64,000 nt of DNA, from positions 63,118,001 through 63,182,000 of the forward strand of contig CM052816.1 in assembly GCA_028534125.1 (NCBI GenBank), in the 5' to 3' direction. Under the pieces are notes generated by a model. The model did no database searches. It was not told where the DNA came from and was given only the letters and a program-made list of their open reading frames with translations. The stretch comes from Lama glama. Lineage: Eukaryota. Below, piece by piece: positions 63,113 to 64,000 of the stretch. The number at the start of each line of letters is the position of its first letter. The stretch's first letter is position 1. Both the position numbers and the translations under genes were made by a program.

Positions 63113-64000
63113 AAAAAACCTGTATTAGCAAGAAAAGTTATAACCTGGGAAATTTTAAGTTATATATTTATATTAAACTATTACATTACTTCTGTAAGTT
63201 ATGTCGCATCCTTTTCAGGAGAATTTGGTTTTTAATCATTCCAATAGTTATCTCAAAGTAATTGTGACTTTCAACTTTCAGATTAGTGGTTGCTGAATTT
63301 TTATTAGTATGTGTAAAGTATATCATTATCCTTAAATTTGTCTACTTGACTTGATTTTACATATGCATCATAAAATCATCTCTATTCTAAAATATTTTGT
63401 TACACTTCCTAAAAAGGAAACAGGAAATTGAGATGTGTGACCATGACCCACCTGCCTCTCCCCATCATGTTGAATTATTCCCTGAGTGTACTCCACATGC
63501 TTCAGTACTCACTCTACTCCTGAGAAGACTATGAACCAATTATAAACAAAGAAAAGATGTTAATTGTTAATACACCTGACACACAAGTGACTTGTCAAGG
63601 AAATTCTAGGACCTTTAAAATGTTTCATTTACTTCATAACACCAAAAAAAATCAATTTTAACAACTGGAAAGAGTAAAATGAAATAATACAAAATACGCT
63701 GTTAGAATTATCATTCTGTGGCAAAGGGCTGTGGAAATTAACTCTAGCATGATGTATTTCTTTTCACATCCTCTGACCAAGCAAAAAAGTTCAAACTCTA
63801 TGGGATCTCAAGCTATACTGGAAAAATTATATTTCCTATGTCATTTCCAATTATACAGAAATAATTCCAAAGGAGGGTACCTAAATAAGACAGTTTAGAG
63901 CACACAGAAGCTTCTCTTCTTCAAGACAGGTTAGTTTCTGAAATGTTGTTCTAATTAAATCTATAGAATTGTAAGTTCAAACTAAGAGGAATTTAAGTGT

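Noticed and set aside
1..64000. CRISPR arrays, rRNA/tRNA genes, prokaryotic systems, immunoglobulin (VHH) segments
   Set aside because: I saw no regularly spaced repeats, structural RNA genes or V-gene/RSS patterns. The only tRNA-like sequence is a SINE head.

Overview
Mammalian genomic DNA, very probably camelid (alpaca/llama/camel): it carries a Vic-1-type tRNA-derived SINE and several young L1 3' tails of camelid type. The window is AT-rich and repeat-rich (L1, L2, MIR, MaLR/ERVL LTRs, hAT and Tigger DNA transposons) and has two 500-N assembly gaps. I see no intact protein-coding gene, RNA gene or CRISPR array; the recognisable ORF-track entries are repeat fragments or N-runs and the rest look like chance frames. 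Two non-repeat signals stand out. (1) A decayed processed pseudogene of survivin (BIRC5) at ~52.4-53.2 kb joins exon 2 directly to exon 4, which makes it a fossil of the DeltaEx3 splice isoform, and it sits inside an old L1. (2) About 17 exon-like segments on the minus strand span almost the whole window. They have canonical AG/GT boundaries and mostly compatible phases but many in-frame stops, suggesting a decayed multi-exon gene (candidate unitary pseudogene) whose protein I cannot name. Repeat family names are recalled from consensus sequences, not searched, and the exon model is hand-built and moderately uncertain.
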